Counted from the stretch's first letter, positions 9,930 to 20,702 are shown. The stretch: 40,000 nucleotides of DNA from Kluyvera cryocrescens NBRC 102467 (GCF_001571285.1 NZ_BCTM01000015.1:94871-134870), one strand, 5' to 3'. The notes: generated by a model not told the origin, from the sequence alone. Numbers and translations are program-made.

Positions 9930-12080
9930 ATGGATACGAAAAAGTTATTCAAGCACATACCCTGGGTGATTCTTGGAATCATCGGTGCATTTTGCCTCTC
10001 GGTCGTCGCCCTGCGCCGCGGTGAGCACGTCAGTGCCCTGTGGATCGTCGTGGCCTCGGTTTCCGTTTATCTGGTGGCTTATCGCTACTACAGCCTGTAC
10101 ATCGCCCAGAAAGTGATGAGACTTGACCCGACGCGCGCAACGCCGGCGGTCATTAACAACGATGGCCTGAACTACGTGCCGACCAACCGCTACGTGCTGT
10201 TCGGCCACCACTTTGCCGCTATCGCCGGTGCCGGTCCGCTGGTCGGTCCGGTACTGGCCGCACAAATGGGCTACCTGCCGGGTACTCTGTGGCTGCTGGC
10301 GGGCGTGGTGCTGGCGGGGGCGGTACAGGACTTTATGGTGCTGTTCATCTCCACGCGCCGTAACGGTTCGTCACTGGGCGAAATGGTCAAAGAAGAGATG
10401 GGCCGCGTACCGGGCTCCATCGCGCTGTTTGGCTGCTTCCTGATCATGATTATTATCCTGGCGGTGCTGGCGCTGATCGTCGTGAAAGCCCTGGCAGAAA
10501 GCCCGTGGGGCGTGTTCACCGTCTGCTCGACCGTGCCAATTGCGCTGTTTATGGGTATCTACATGCGCTTTATTCGCCCGGGCCGCGTTGGTGAAGTGTC
10601 GGTGATTGGTATTGTGCTGCTGGTAGCCTCAATTTACTTCGGCGGCGTGATTGCACACGACCCGTACTGGGGCCCTGCGCTGACCTTTAAAGACACCACC
10701 ATCACCTTCGCGCTGATTGGCTATGCCTTTATCTCCGCGCTGCTGCCAGTGTGGTTGATTCTGGCACCGCGTGACTATCTCGCCACCTTCCTGAAAATCG
10801 GCGTAATCGTCGGCCTGGCGCTGGGGATTGTTATCCTCAACCCGGATCTGAAAATGCCTGCAGTGACCCAGTACATCGACGGTACCGGCCCGCTGTGGAA
10901 AGGCGCGATGTTCCCGTTCCTGTTTATCACCATTGCCTGTGGCGCCGTTTCTGGCTTCCACGCGCTGATCTCCTCTGGCACCACGCCGAAGCTGCTGGCC
11001 AACGAAAACGATGCTCGTCTTATTGGCTATGGCGCAATGCTGATGGAATCCTTCGTCGCAATTATGGCGCTGGTAGCGGCCTCGATCATCGAGCCGGGTC
11101 TGTACTTCGCCATGAACACCCCGCCGGCTGGCCTGGGCATCACCATGCCAAACCTGCATGAGATGGGCGGCGAGAACGCGGCGCTGATTGCTGCGCAGCT
11201 CAAAGACGTCACCGTACATGCGGCAGCGACCGTCAGCTCCTGGGGCTTCGTCATCACCCCTGATCAGATTCTGCAAACGGCGAAAGATATCGGCGAACCG
11301 TCGGTTCTGAACCGCGCAGGCGGCGCACCAACGCTGGCCGTCGGTATTGCGCACGTGTTCCACAAAGTGATGCCGATGGCCGATATGGGCTTCTGGTACC
11401 ACTTCGGGATCCTGTTTGAAGCGCTGTTTATCCTCACCGCGCTGGACGCCGGTACCCGTGCAGGCCGCTTTATGCTGCAGGATCTGTTGGGCAACTTCGT
11501 ACCGTTCCTGAAGAAAACCGATTCTCTGGTCGCGGGCGTTGTAGCCACTGCGGGCTGTGTTGGTCTGTGGGGTTACCTGCTGTATCAGGGCGTTGTCGAC
11601 CCTCTGGGCGGCGTGAAGAGCCTGTGGCCGCTGTTCGGTATCTCTAACCAGATGCTGGCCGCCGTGGCGCTGGTACTGGGTACGGTTATCCTGATTAAGA
11701 TGAAACGCTCTAAATACATCTGGGTAACGACTATCCCTGCTGTATGGCTGCTCATCTGCACCACCTGGGCGCTGGGTCTGAAGCTGTTCAGCACCAACCC
11801 GCAGATGGAAGGCTTCTTCTACATGGCCGGCCAGTACAAAGAGAAAATTGCTGCCGGTGGAGAACTGACCGCCCAGCAGATTGCTAACATGAACCACATC
11901 GTTATCAACAACTACACCAACGCAGGCCTGAGTATTCTGTTCCTGGTGGTGGTGTACAGCATCATCTTCTACGGCTTCAAAACCTGGATGCAGGTGCGCA
12001 ATAGCGATAAACGTACCGACAAAGAGACACCGTACGTGCCGGTTCCTGAGGGCGGCGTGAAAACCTCTTCACACCACTAA
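9930..12080 (+). CDS. btsT: Pyruvate/H+ symporter BtsT (CstA family, formerly YjiY)
   Basis: 716 aa, the same length as E. coli BtsT and nearly identical to it as recalled ([22 protein letters not shown]...PEGGVK.SSHH). Confidence 0.95.
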   Translation: MDTKKLFKHIPWVILGIIGAFCLSVVALRRGEHVSALWIVVASVSVYLVAYRYYSLYIAQKVMRLDPTRATPAVINNDGLNYVPTNRYVLFGHHFAAIAGAGPLVGPVLAAQMGYLPGTLWLLAGVVLAGAVQDFMVLFISTRRNGSSLGEMVKEEMGRVPGSIALFGCFLIMIIILAVLALIVVKALAESPWGVFTVCSTVPIALFMGIYMRFIRPGRVGEVSVIGIVLLVASIYFGGVIAHDPYWGPALTFKDTTITFALIGYAFISALLPVWLILAPRDYLATFLKIGVIVGLALGIVILNPDLKMPAVTQYIDGTGPLWKGAMFPFLFITIACGAVSGFHALISSGTTPKLLANENDARLIGYGAMLMESFVAIMALVAASIIEPGLYFAMNTPPAGLGITMPNLHEMGGENAALIAAQLKDVTVHAAATVSSWGFVITPDQILQTAKDIGEPSVLNRAGGAPTLAVGIAHVFHKVMPMADMGFWYHFGILFEALFILTALDAGTRAGRFMLQDLLGNFVPFLKKTDSLVAGVVATAGCVGLWGYLLYQGVVDPLGGVKSLWPLFGISNQMLAAVALVLGTVILIKMKRSKYIWVTTIPAVWLLICTTWALGLKLFSTNPQMEGFFYMAGQYKEKIAAGGELTAQQIANMNHIVINNYTNAGLSILFLVVVYSIIFYGFKTWMQVRNSDKRTDKETPYVPVPEGGVKTSSHH

Positions 12081-12084
12081 ACCT

Positions 12085-12117
12085 GATGCCGGATAGCGCT
12101 ACGCTTATCCGGCCTAC
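12085..12117. repeat. REP (repetitive extragenic palindrome) element
   Basis: gatgccggatagcgctacgcttatccggcctac is an imperfect palindrome with the canonical REP tail cttatccggcctac. Confidence 0.6.
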
Positions 12118-12128
12118 CGCAAATGCAG

Positions 12129-12159
12129 GCCCGGTAAGCGTAGCGCCACCGGGCTTTTT
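12129..12159 (+). terminator. Intrinsic terminator after btsT
   Basis: gcccggt (12129-12135), a 12-nt loop, accgggc (12148-12154), followed by TTTTT (12155-12159). Confidence 0.6.
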
Positions 12160-12175
12160 CTATCTGGATGGCACA

Positions 12176-12379
12176 ATGTTTGGTAACTTAGGACAGGCAA
12201 AAAAATACCTCGGTCAGGCGGCAAAAATGCTGATTGGCATTCCGGACTATGACAACTACGTTGAGCATATGCAGACCAACCATCCGGATAAGCCGTACAT
12301 GACCTACGAAGAGTTCTTCCGCGAACGCCAACAAGCACGCTACGGCGGCGATGGAAAAGGCGGCATGCGCTGCTGCTAA
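12176..12379 (+). CDS. yjiX: YjiX (YbdD/YjiX family small protein)
   Basis: From ATG 12176 the product is 67 aa ([64 protein letters not shown]), essentially the E. coli YjiX sequence. The 97-aa track ORF is an upstream extension across the REP and terminator. Confidence 0.9.
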   Translation: MFGNLGQAKKYLGQAAKMLIGIPDYDNYVEHMQTNHPDKPYMTYEEFFRERQQARYGGDGKGGMRCC

Positions 12380-12390
12380 AAGGAGACAAC

Positions 12391-13344
12391 ATGGCACCGA
12401 TTGCAGTTACCCTACTTACCGGTTTCCTCGGCGCGGGGAAAACCACCCTTCTGCGCCACATTCTGAACGAACAGCACGGCTTTAAAATTGCCGTCATTGA
12501 AAACGAGTTCGGCGAAGTCTCCGTTGACGATCAGCTAATTGGCGATCGCGCCACCCAGATTAAAACCCTGACCAACGGTTGTATCTGCTGCACCCGTTCA
12601 AACGAACTGGAAGATGCGCTGCTCGATCTGCTCGATAACCTCGACAAAGGCACTATCAGCTTTGACCGTCTGGTGATTGAGTGCACCGGCATGGCCGATC
12701 CGGGCCCTATCATTCAAACCTTTTTCTCCCACGACGTCCTGTGCGAACGCTATCTGCTGGACGGCGTGATTGCGCTGGTTGACGCGGTCCATGCCGACGA
12801 GCAGATGAACCAGTTCACCATTGCACAATCGCAGGTTGGCTACGCCGACCGCATCCTGATGACCAAAACCGACGTGGCGGGTAACGCCGAAAAACTCCGC
12901 GAGCGCCTGACGCGCATTAACGCCCGCGCGCCGATTTACACCGTCGTCCACGGCGATATCGACCTGTCACAGTTGTTCAATACCAACGGTTTTATGCTGG
13001 AAGAGAACGTCACCTCGAAGCCGCGCTTCCACTTTATGGCCGACAAGCAAAACGACGTATCGTCTATCGTGGTCGAGCTGGATTACCCGGTCGACATCAG
13101 CGACGTGTCGCGAGTGATGGAAAATCTGCTGCTGGATTTCGCCGACAAGCTGCTGCGCTACAAGGGGATGCTATGGATTGATGGCGAGCCTAACCGCCTG
13201 CTGTTCCAGGGCGTGCAGCGCCTGTACAGCGCTGACTGGGATCGCCCGTGGGGCGACGAAGCGCCGCACAGCACGCTGGTGTTTATCGGTATTCAGTTGC
13301 CGGAAGATGAAATCCGAGCCGCATTTGAAGGGCTACGCAAATAA
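12391..13344 (+). CDS. yjiA: COG0523 metal-chaperone GTPase YjiA
   Basis: 317 aa with P-loop GFLGAGKTT and the GCICC metal motif. It is collinear with E. coli YjiA. An AAGGAG SD lies 6 nt upstream. Confidence 0.95.
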   Translation: MAPIAVTLLTGFLGAGKTTLLRHILNEQHGFKIAVIENEFGEVSVDDQLIGDRATQIKTLTNGCICCTRSNELEDALLDLLDNLDKGTISFDRLVIECTGMADPGPIIQTFFSHDVLCERYLLDGVIALVDAVHADEQMNQFTIAQSQVGYADRILMTKTDVAGNAEKLRERLTRINARAPIYTVVHGDIDLSQLFNTNGFMLEENVTSKPRFHFMADKQNDVSSIVVELDYPVDISDVSRVMENLLLDFADKLLRYKGMLWIDGEPNRLLFQGVQRLYSADWDRPWGDEAPHSTLVFIGIQLPEDEIRAAFEGLRK

Positions 13345-13697
13345 CCGCACCGTCGTTACCCTCTCCGCCCGGAGGGGGTAATAAAATGCGTAGAAATGTA
13401 AATTTACTTTGTCATATGCGACAATTGAAATGTTTTTGGAAATTATTAGAAAGCCCATTATTTCACTTCCAACCAATTCACGCCGCTCTGTTCAGCGTCC
13501 GTTTAGCCAAAATCTAAACAGCCGCTAAACGCGAAAATGTTAACTATTGACGCCATCAAAAACACACAGCCACACAACACCACAAAGCCAATTTGTTAAC
13601 AATATCAGCATAAAAAATCGACTTACCTCACATTTGCAGCGGTAAAAAATGATTGTTAAGGTGTCGGCAGATTAATTCTGATGACGAGGTATACACC

Positions 13698-14243
13698 ATG
13701 AAAAAGCTTAATGTCCTTCTCCTTTCCGCTCTGACCGCCGTATCGGGTTCCGCACTGGCCATGGGGGGCAGCATTGAGCAGGGTAAAAACTTCACCAATC
13801 TGAATGTTGAAATGGGTAAATCCACCTCCGGTCTGTATGCCGAAGGTAACTGGCTCAAAAACACCGATGATGGTACCCAGACCGGTGGCGTCGGCGCAGG
13901 CTATAACCTCGAAGTGGGCCCAGTGATGCTGAATGCCGGCGCGAAGGCCATCTACATCGGGCCGAAAAAAGGCGACAACGGCGTAGCATTCCCAATCGGC
14001 GGCGGTGTTAACGTCGCGGTAACCGACAGCATCAACGTGTTTGGTGAAGGTTATGTCGCGCCAGAAGGGCTGAACAATAGCGTCAAAAACTACGTTGAAG
14101 CGAACGGCGGCGTAAGCTGGACCCCTATCAAACCAGTCACCCTGAAAGTGGGTTACCGCCACGTGAGCGTTGATGGTAAAGACGGTCGTCCAGGCCACAC
14201 TCTGATTGACGGTGCCTACGTGGGCGGCGGCGTGACGTTCTAA
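13698..14243 (+). CDS. YfaZ-family small outer-membrane beta-barrel protein
   Basis: I trimmed the start to ATG 13698, which has a GAGG SD at 13686-13689. The signal peptide is MKKLNVLLLSALTAVSGSALA. The protein is Gly-rich with alternating beta-strand patterns and ends in a C-terminal F (GGGVTF). GYRHVSVDGKDG resembles the YfaZ block GYRYLNLAGKDG as recalled. Confidence 0.6.
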   Translation: MKKLNVLLLSALTAVSGSALAMGGSIEQGKNFTNLNVEMGKSTSGLYAEGNWLKNTDDGTQTGGVGAGYNLEVGPVMLNAGAKAIYIGPKKGDNGVAFPIGGGVNVAVTDSINVFGEGYVAPEGLNNSVKNYVEANGGVSWTPIKPVTLKVGYRHVSVDGKDGRPGHTLIDGAYVGGGVTF

Positions 14244-14955
14244 TCGTACGAGCCTGAAAGAAAACGCGTTATCGTCGTTATTCTGTTCAGCTTTCCTGCC
14301 GGTTGCGCTCCTTATTTACCACCTGCCATTTAACCCGAATGGTGCAAGGAGCGCGCAAGGGGCGGCCAATCGCCGCCGCCCCCTGCACCCCCGCGCTCTG
14401 GCGGCAGAATCGCCGCTGCGCGGTACCCTCAGCTTATGCCTTCCGGCTTTCGGGTCGGGCGCGAGGTAACCTCCCTGTAAAACACGCCCTCAGCCCACAT
14501 CCCTGTGGGCTGCCCCGGCCTCCAGGCAACGCCTCGGCGATTCAGACGCCACCTAAAGTCGCTTCCGTTTTTAAGCTAAAAACAAACGCCAGTGTCGCTG
14601 GAACCGCTGAGTCCCCGCTTGAAATCGGTCAGCCGGAGAAGGGAAGACAAGGTCAGGCCGCCAGGACGGCGGACTGAGATGAACCGAGACACGACAAAAT
14701 TGCCGGGAGCAATGTTGAACAACGTTTGCGTTGGCCCGAAGGGCGAGTCCCAGGGATGGGACAAGTAGCGTCGAATTTCGCCATGCCGCAGGCTGGAGTT
14801 CGCAGGCGAACGCAGTGCGAAGCACCGATTTCGCCGCGGGGCCGCCGGGATTGCTAAGGGGGACGCGGCGTCCCCCTTAGCCCGTTCACAGATGCCGCTG
14901 TGTCATATTCTACAGAACATAAAGTGAACGGGATTTTGCGCTTAGCTGACCCCCA
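14244..14955. other. GC-rich, hairpin-dense non-coding gap between convergent genes
   Basis: No credible ORF is present; the 124, 84 and 62 aa ORFs are Arg/Pro/Ala-rich and lack an SD. Perfect hairpins occur at 14305-14354, 14359-14382, 14401-14416, 14491-14512, 14658-14672, 14853-14881 and 14881-14932. Confidence 0.5.
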
Positions 14956-16326
14956 CTAGCGGCGAACCACCACCAACTTCTGGTTCACAAACTCCTTAAT
15001 CCCCAGATCCGACAGCTCGCGCCCATAGCCCGAGCGCTTCACGCCGCCAAACGGCAGCTCCGCCGCGGTATCCGTCAGCCAGTTGATGTACACCATCCCA
15101 GTTTCAATGCGCGACGCCATTTTCTTCGCCCGTTCGATATCCTGGCTGAAGACCGCACCGCCCAAACCGTAGTGGGAGTCATTGGCCAGCGCGACCGCTT
15201 CATCATCATTTTTCACCACATAGATCTGCGCGACCGGGCCAAAGAACTCTTCAAAATACGCCGGGTTATCGCGCGAAATGTGGGTCAGGATAGTCGGTTC
15301 AAAGAAACTGCCATCGCGCTCGACCGGTTTGCCGCCCAGGTGCAGTTTGGCACCGTTTTTCACGGCGGCGTTGACCTGTTTGGTCAGCGTCTCCAGCGCC
15401 TCTTTTGACGACAGCGGCCCAAGCGTGGTGCTTTCGTCCAGCGGGTCGCCTATTTTCACCTGCTTAAATGCTTCGCTAAATTTCGCCAGGAAGGTCTCGG
15501 CAATTTTCTCATGCAGAATGAAACGTTTCGCCGCCGTGCAGACCTGTCCGGCGTTGTTCAGACGGGCATTGACGCCAATTTTTACCGCTTTCTCGAGATT
15601 GGCATCGTCCAGCACCACGAACACGTCGTTACCGCCCAGCTCAAGGGTCGATTTTTTGATGTGTTTCGCCGCCTGAGCGGCAACCACGCTGCCCGCTTTT
15701 TCAGAACCGGTTAGCGCCGCCCCCTGCACGCGATCGTCGGCAATAATGTTTGCCACCTGCTGCTGGGAGATATAGAGATTAGTCCACGCGCCGTTTGGTG
15801 CGCCGGCTTCGCGAACCAGATGGGCAAAGGCCTCCGCACAGTGCGGCACAATGCTGGCATGTTTGGCGAGCACCGGGTTCCCCGCTGCGAGGTTTGGCGC
15901 CAGCACGCGCATTAGCTGATAGTAAGGGAAGTTCCAGGGTTCAACGGCCATCAACACGCCGATAGGGTGATGTTCCACCCACGCTTCACCCAGCTCAGAG
16001 GGGTACTTCACCGGGGCCAAAAATTGTTTCGCGTTGTCGGCGTAGTAGCGGGCAATTTGGGCACAAAGCTTCACTTCGCCGCGGCTCTGGGCAATCAGCT
16101 TGCCCATCTCCTGACTGGCGATTTTCGCCAGCTCCTCCGCCCTGTCGTCAATCAGGTCGGCAAGCTTGTGCAGCACCGGCAGCCGCTGGTCGATATCGCC
16201 TTTTGCCCAGTCGGAGTGATAAAGCGCATCGGCCGCCTTGAGCGCCGCCTCAACGTCGGCATCAGTGTGGGAAGCGTAGGCTTTGATAAGCTGGTTAGTG
16301 GCAGGATTAACTGTCTGGTAAGCCAT
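14956..16326 (-). CDS. NAD(P)+-dependent aldehyde dehydrogenase, succinate-semialdehyde dehydrogenase (Sad/YneI)-like
   Basis: 456 aa with the ALDH catalytic Glu (LELGGND) and Cys (GQVCTAAKR) motifs. It resembles E. coli Sad in layout (VNPATN..., PWNFP, FGGVKRSGYGRELS). Confidence 0.85.
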   Translation of the reverse strand: MAYQTVNPATNQLIKAYASHTDADVEAALKAADALYHSDWAKGDIDQRLPVLHKLADLIDDRAEELAKIASQEMGKLIAQSRGEVKLCAQIARYYADNAKQFLAPVKYPSELGEAWVEHHPIGVLMAVEPWNFPYYQLMRVLAPNLAAGNPVLAKHASIVPHCAEAFAHLVREAGAPNGAWTNLYISQQQVANIIADDRVQGAALTGSEKAGSVVAAQAAKHIKKSTLELGGNDVFVVLDDANLEKAVKIGVNARLNNAGQVCTAAKRFILHEKIAETFLAKFSEAFKQVKIGDPLDESTTLGPLSSKEALETLTKQVNAAVKNGAKLHLGGKPVERDGSFFEPTILTHISRDNPAYFEEFFGPVAQIYVVKNDDEAVALANDSHYGLGGAVFSQDIERAKKMASRIETGMVYINWLTDTAAELPFGGVKRSGYGRELSDLGIKEFVNQKLVVVRR

Positions 16327-16420
16327 ATTGTGTCTCCTTGTTTTTACCGCTTAGGGTATTAAGGGTAGTCAATATGACTGGCTGCGGGCGTAAAGTTGGG
16401 TATAAACGGAGGTTTCTGAG

Positions 16421-16452
16421 AAAACCTCCCCCGCATCCCAAGCCGGGGGAGG
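16421..16452 (-). terminator. Intrinsic terminator of pac
   Basis: The minus strand reads CCTCCCCCG, a 10-nt loop, CGGGGGAGG, then TTTTC, beginning 9 nt after the pac stop. A second hairpin, ggaggttt/aaacctcc (16408-16429), shares the GGAGG arm. Confidence 0.7.
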
Positions 16453-16460
16453 CCGAAACG

Positions 16461-19001
16461 TTAGCGCTGTACCTGCAGCACTTCCTGAGACTCTTTGTGC
16501 TCGTCAACGTCCTGAGGCGTTAACCACAGCGATTTACGGCCAAAGCTCTCGTACATTTTCAGCTGATCGTCATAGTGCTTATCGGCTTTGCCATCCGGCG
16601 CGATAAAACCGCTTTGCCCCGGCGCCACCACATCCCAGGCAAGAACCGGGCGGTTGCCCGACGTCGGTGAGAAGACAATCATGTCGTTTTCCGTACCGCG
16701 GTTCTGGTACTCCGCCTGATGACGCGCCTCTTTTGCTGCCGCCTGCGGCACGCCGAAGAAGTTATTGGCCCGGAAGGTAAGCGCCATGGCAGGGGTTTTC
16801 CAGCCGGTGACGTCGTTACCGTAGCGTTTTGACAGCGTCTGCCAAGCGTCGTCCAGCGCCGCCAGTACCACTTCCTGCTGCGGTTTCCCGCCAAACAGAT
16901 CGACCGCCTGCGGGATTGGCGACTTATCACCCTGCAGAGCTTCGTAGAGGATTTTCGCCCCCACGCTGATGTTCAGCGAGCCGGTTGGGCCGTCCTGGGT
17001 GGTTTCATAGCCACTGGCGCTGTACCACTTGCCAAACGGCGCCGGTACCGCGGCGACCACCGTGCGCTTGAGCATGCTGGTCAGCCAGGCATTCAGGATC
17101 GCCGAGCCCGGCTGCTGATAGGTTTTTCCGTCATCGTTGACAAGGTTTTCACCGTCCCAGCTCGCCAGTTTATCCACCAGTTGGCGGCGCGGATCGTTTT
17201 CCGCCAGGTTCGCGGTGGCGTCCTTCAGCGCCGGTAAGAACAACCGCAGGTTGAGATCCCGACGGCTGGTCTGGCGGATCACATCCCACGCCTGATCGGC
17301 GGTGAAGCGCGGTTGCTTATCGAGGATCGTGTCGATCTCAGTAACTCGATCCGCACCGCCCCACAGGAACGCGAACAGATCAGAGGCCGGGTAGTCTTTT
17401 TGCGGCGAGTTGTTCCAGTTGGCGATATAGCCCGACTGCGGGTTATACACTTTCGGATTCAAATCAAACGACAGCAGCCCTTTCCAGTCCCATTTTCCAG
17501 TGCCGGGAACCGGCAAACGCGGGTCGTGGCCGGGCTGGCGATCCGGATAGGCGCCGGTATGCACATAGCCGATATTGCCGTTCACATCGGCGTAGTACCA
17601 GTTGATGGTCAGCGCCTGTTTGGCCGCCTGCTGCGTCCACTCCTGCCAGTTTTTGGCCTTCATCTGGTGCGTCCACGCCAGCAGGGACGCCACCTCTTTG
17701 CCATCCCAGGCGCGCGCTTTGGCATAGGCGGTCTGCGTCGCAGTATCGGTTTTAATGACGTTGCCGTGCAGCGTGCGCCAAACGGTAAAGGTCTCCGGCT
17801 GGCCGTCTTTGACCGCAATAGTCTCCTTGCGGCTCAACATCTTCACCCACTCGCCGTTATGCTGGTAATAGCCCGGCTTCTCGGCGGAAAGTTTTTCGGC
17901 AAAGATATCGACATCATCACCAAAACCGGCGGTGGATCCCCATGAAATGGTGCCGTTGTGACCAAAAACGAGGCCCGGATAGGCAAACGGCGTATTGCCG
18001 GTGACGTCATAGCCCGCGCCGTGCAGGCCGATACCGTAGGTGTACGCCGGCGCATACCAACCAAACTGCGGCCCATTGACCATAATGGCCTTCGCATCCT
18101 GGGCTTTGTTTTTGCCAATCACCCACATATTGCTAGTGGTCGGGTAGCCAGCCAGGCCGTTAGCGCCGCTTTGCGCGAACTGCGCGGCGATAGTTTCCCG
18201 GTTCTGATCGGCGGTCAGCGCCAGCAGCGCGCCATCGGCCCCTTTTGCCGGGCGGTCGAGCATCGGTGCCGGCTGGTCGTAGCGCGGCAGCAGCGCCGCC
18301 GTTTGCGTGTTTTGCAGATCAAACTTCAGCGGATAGGCGCTTTCCTGCGCCGCAATGGTGGTTGGCGCGGAAGGATTAACCAGCCATTTCAGCTGGTTAA
18401 AGACCGCCATGCCCTGCTGCTTGCCGTATTTATCTTTTAGCGCCGTCAGCAGCGCCAGGTTATCAATTTCGCTGGTGCTGTCAGAGAAACGGTTCGCCAT
18501 GGTGCCGACAAAAATCATCGCCACATCAAACGGTTCCCAATGCTTGGGTTTAAAACCAAAGGTGGAGAACTGCTGGGGTAACAGCTTATCGGGGCTGGCG
18601 TTCACTTTATCGATCCACGCATTCATGCCATCGGCATAGCCCTGGAGAATGGATTTATCCTCAGCGGAGAGAGAAGCTATCTGCGCGCGAATAGAATCCG
18701 GCCAGTAGTTCTGGCGAATATCTTTATCAAAACTGACGAATGCTTTGCCCAGCACCTCGGAGACGGTCCCCTGAGTACTGCGGCGCGCCATTTCCATCTG
18801 GAACAGGCGATCCTGCGCCACCACGTAGCCATAGCCGTAAAACAGTCGATAGGTATCATCGGCGTAAATATGCGGCATGCCGTATTCATCGCGAACGATC
18901 TTAACCTCGGTTGGCGGGCTTGCCGCCAGCGCTGACAGGCTAGAACAACAGATCAGGGAAGTCACAATACCGTTCACGATCATACGATTTCTATTTTTCA
19001 T
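16461..19001 (-). CDS. pac: Penicillin G acylase precursor (Ntn hydrolase)
   Basis: From ATG 19001 ([26 protein letters not shown] signal peptide) the product is 846 aa. The beta-subunit N-terminal nucleophile context is [17 protein letters not shown]. The sequence matches my memory of the Kluyvera citrophila/cryocrescens PGA more closely than the E. coli enzyme. Confidence 0.95.
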   Translation of the reverse strand: MKNRNRMIVNGIVTSLICCSSLSALAASPPTEVKIVRDEYGMPHIYADDTYRLFYGYGYVVAQDRLFQMEMARRSTQGTVSEVLGKAFVSFDKDIRQNYWPDSIRAQIASLSAEDKSILQGYADGMNAWIDKVNASPDKLLPQQFSTFGFKPKHWEPFDVAMIFVGTMANRFSDSTSEIDNLALLTALKDKYGKQQGMAVFNQLKWLVNPSAPTTIAAQESAYPLKFDLQNTQTAALLPRYDQPAPMLDRPAKGADGALLALTADQNRETIAAQFAQSGANGLAGYPTTSNMWVIGKNKAQDAKAIMVNGPQFGWYAPAYTYGIGLHGAGYDVTGNTPFAYPGLVFGHNGTISWGSTAGFGDDVDIFAEKLSAEKPGYYQHNGEWVKMLSRKETIAVKDGQPETFTVWRTLHGNVIKTDTATQTAYAKARAWDGKEVASLLAWTHQMKAKNWQEWTQQAAKQALTINWYYADVNGNIGYVHTGAYPDRQPGHDPRLPVPGTGKWDWKGLLSFDLNPKVYNPQSGYIANWNNSPQKDYPASDLFAFLWGGADRVTEIDTILDKQPRFTADQAWDVIRQTSRRDLNLRLFLPALKDATANLAENDPRRQLVDKLASWDGENLVNDDGKTYQQPGSAILNAWLTSMLKRTVVAAVPAPFGKWYSASGYETTQDGPTGSLNISVGAKILYEALQGDKSPIPQAVDLFGGKPQQEVVLAALDDAWQTLSKRYGNDVTGWKTPAMALTFRANNFFGVPQAAAKEARHQAEYQNRGTENDMIVFSPTSGNRPVLAWDVVAPGQSGFIAPDGKADKHYDDQLKMYESFGRKSLWLTPQDVDEHKESQEVLQVQR

Positions 19002-19140
19002 TGTATCCTCTTGCAGGTGTATGATTAGCGAATTGATACTAGCAATCACATTGATTTAATGTATTTCATGCGAATAGTTTCCACGCGAACTGTGAGTTGT
19101 GATATGAATTATTGATACAATAAATAACTAAATGTGATCC

Positions 19141-19155
19141 AAAGCGAATCATTTC
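19141..19155 (-). promoter_or_regulatory. Possible PaaX operator in the pac promoter region
   Basis: The minus strand gaaaTGATTCGcttt matches 12 of 15 positions of the PaaX motif WWTRTGATTCGYGWT. It lies 140-154 bp upstream of the pac ATG. An adjacent tgatcc-N5-gaatca imperfect palindrome spans 19135-19151. Confidence 0.3.
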
Positions 19156-19233
19156 AATTTTACTTTTACTGGCGTAACCCTGCCGATACCGTCTGGATGT
19201 GGTATATAAAAATAAACCCACAAGGACGAGCCC

Positions 19234-19977
19234 ATGACCACACCGCGCGAAATCCACCAGACCTTCATCCGCACGCCCGGGCTGGAGCTGCGCAGCACCT
19301 GGCAGAGCACTCAGGCGTACAAGCGCCACAGCCACGCGCAACTGTCGATCGGCGCAATCCTTGAAGGGAACACTCGCTGCATCTGCCAGGATCAGGAATA
19401 TCTGCTGGCGCCCGGCGATCTCATCGTGATACCAGCCCACGCGCCGCACAGCTGTAACCCGCAACAGGGGCAGCCACGCAGCTATCACATGCTGTATATC
19501 GACACGCCACTCCCCTTTGCCCAGCAGGTGATCCGCGACGATGCGCTGTTCAGCCTGTACCTTAACGTCGCCAACAAGATGTCCCCGACGGCGCTGGAAG
19601 CGCTGCTAACCGCGCTTCCAGGTGGCACGAATACTTCAGCACCCCCGCAGACCACCAGCCAGCGGCTACAGCAGGCGCTGCTTTCTGACCTCGCCTTCCC
19701 GCCGACGCTCGATGAACTCGCAAAGCGGTTTTCGCTGCGCAAAGAGACATTAATACGGACCTTTAAACGCGATACCGGGCTGACGCCGGGCAGTTTTCTC
19801 AACATCTCGCGGGTGGAGTACGCCAAAGCGCGCCTGCGCGCCGGGGACGAGATAGCCGACGTCGGCTATCAAAGCGGCTTTGCCGATCAGAGCCATTTCC
19901 ACAAAACCTTCGTCAGCTACACCGCCGCCACGCCGCGCCAATACGCAAAAGGGCGATCAATATCCGACAATAAATAG
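19234..19977 (+). CDS. AraC-family transcriptional regulator (cupin N-domain)
   Basis: 247 aa with a C-terminal double HTH (LDELAKRFSLRKETLIRTFKRDTGLTPGSFL...ADVGYQSGFADQSHFHKTF). It is divergent from pac and upstream of a LysE exporter gene. Confidence 0.85.
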   Translation: MTTPREIHQTFIRTPGLELRSTWQSTQAYKRHSHAQLSIGAILEGNTRCICQDQEYLLAPGDLIVIPAHAPHSCNPQQGQPRSYHMLYIDTPLPFAQQVIRDDALFSLYLNVANKMSPTALEALLTALPGGTNTSAPPQTTSQRLQQALLSDLAFPPTLDELAKRFSLRKETLIRTFKRDTGLTPGSFLNISRVEYAKARLRAGDEIADVGYQSGFADQSHFHKTFVSYTAATPRQYAKGRSISDNK

Positions 19978-20024
19978 CCCCGCCCGCCGCCTAAGCTGGC
20001 CTCAGTTTCTTTGCTGAGGTCATT

Positions 20025-20666
20025 ATGGAATGGATTACACAATTGCTTCCCCCGGCGTTTCCTGCCCTGGCCGTGGCGCATTTTTTGGCGCTGCTGAGCC
20101 CCGGGCCGGACTTCTTTTTACTGGTCGGCTACGCCATCCGCTACCGCCTGCGCGGCAGTATCGGCTTATGCCTCGGCATTGCGGCGGGTAACGGCCTGTA
20201 TATTTTGCTGGTGGTGGTTGGCTCAGATCTGCTGCGTCAGATGCCGCTGCTGTTTAACGCCGTCGAGTTGCTCGGTGCCGTTTATCTGCTGTGGATTGGC
20301 AGCCATCTCCTGCGCAGCCGGGCGAGGGAAACGCCATCGCATTCCGTGCGTTCAACATCTCCTTCGTTAGGCAAACAGCTGCTACTGGGGCTGGGCTCAT
20401 CGCTGCTGAATCCCAAGAATGCGCTGTTTTATCTGGCGCTGATGACCGCGCTGCTCGGGCCTCATGTGACGTTCATTCAGCAGGCAGCCTGCGGGATCTG
20501 GATGACCGCCGTGGTGCTGTTGTGGGATCTGCTGCTGGTCGTGCTGATTGCCTTACCGCAGGTGCAGCACCGCCTTAAGCATCTTATCTGGAGGATTGAA
20601 CGCCTGGCGGGCGGTATTCTGCTGGCCTTCGGCGGCTGGGTTTTGTGGCATGCCTTTGTGGGATAA
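20025..20666 (+). CDS. LysE/RhtB-family amino-acid exporter
   Basis: 213 aa with about six hydrophobic segments and the N-terminal family motif LSPGPDFFLLV. Confidence 0.85.
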   Translation: MEWITQLLPPAFPALAVAHFLALLSPGPDFFLLVGYAIRYRLRGSIGLCLGIAAGNGLYILLVVVGSDLLRQMPLLFNAVELLGAVYLLWIGSHLLRSRARETPSHSVRSTSPSLGKQLLLGLGSSLLNPKNALFYLALMTALLGPHVTFIQQAACGIWMTAVVLLWDLLLVVLIALPQVQHRLKHLIWRIERLAGGILLAFGGWVLWHAFVG

Positions 20667-20671
20667 GACGC

Positions 20672-20702
20672 ATAGGGCGACAAAGAGTCACCGTCGCCCT
20701 AT
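20672..20702. terminator. Stem-loop between convergent lysE-like and yjiS-like genes
   Basis: atagggcgac (20672-20681), an 11-nt loop, gtcgccctat (20693-20702), then ctctcttt. Confidence 0.5.

Noticed and set aside
10629-11897. 422-aa minus-strand ORF inside btsT
   Set aside because: It is antisense to BtsT, which is essentially identical to the E. coli protein. Its composition (R, H, Q, G, D runs) is non-protein-like.
12086-12175. N-terminal extension making yjiX a 97-aa ORF
   Set aside because: The extension is translated from a REP element and the btsT terminator. E. coli YjiX starts at the MFGNLGQ methionine.
14303-14677. 124-aa ORF (and 84/62-aa minus-strand ORFs) in the GC-rich gap
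   Set aside because: They have no SD and Pro/Arg/Ala-rich composition, and several mutually overlapping frames are open simply because of high GC. I treat the region as non-coding.
14853-14881. 14-bp perfect hairpin considered as the terminator of the aldehyde dehydrogenase gene
   Set aside because: No U-tract follows on either strand, and it lies 75 nt beyond the stop. I kept it only as part of the structured gap.
17313-18440. 210-aa and 160-aa plus-strand ORFs inside pac
   Set aside because: They are antisense to penicillin G acylase and have Arg-rich junk translations.
19066-19488. 140-aa minus-strand ORF across the pac-araC intergenic region
   Set aside because: It overlaps the AraC-family gene 5' end in antisense, has no SD and shows no family features.
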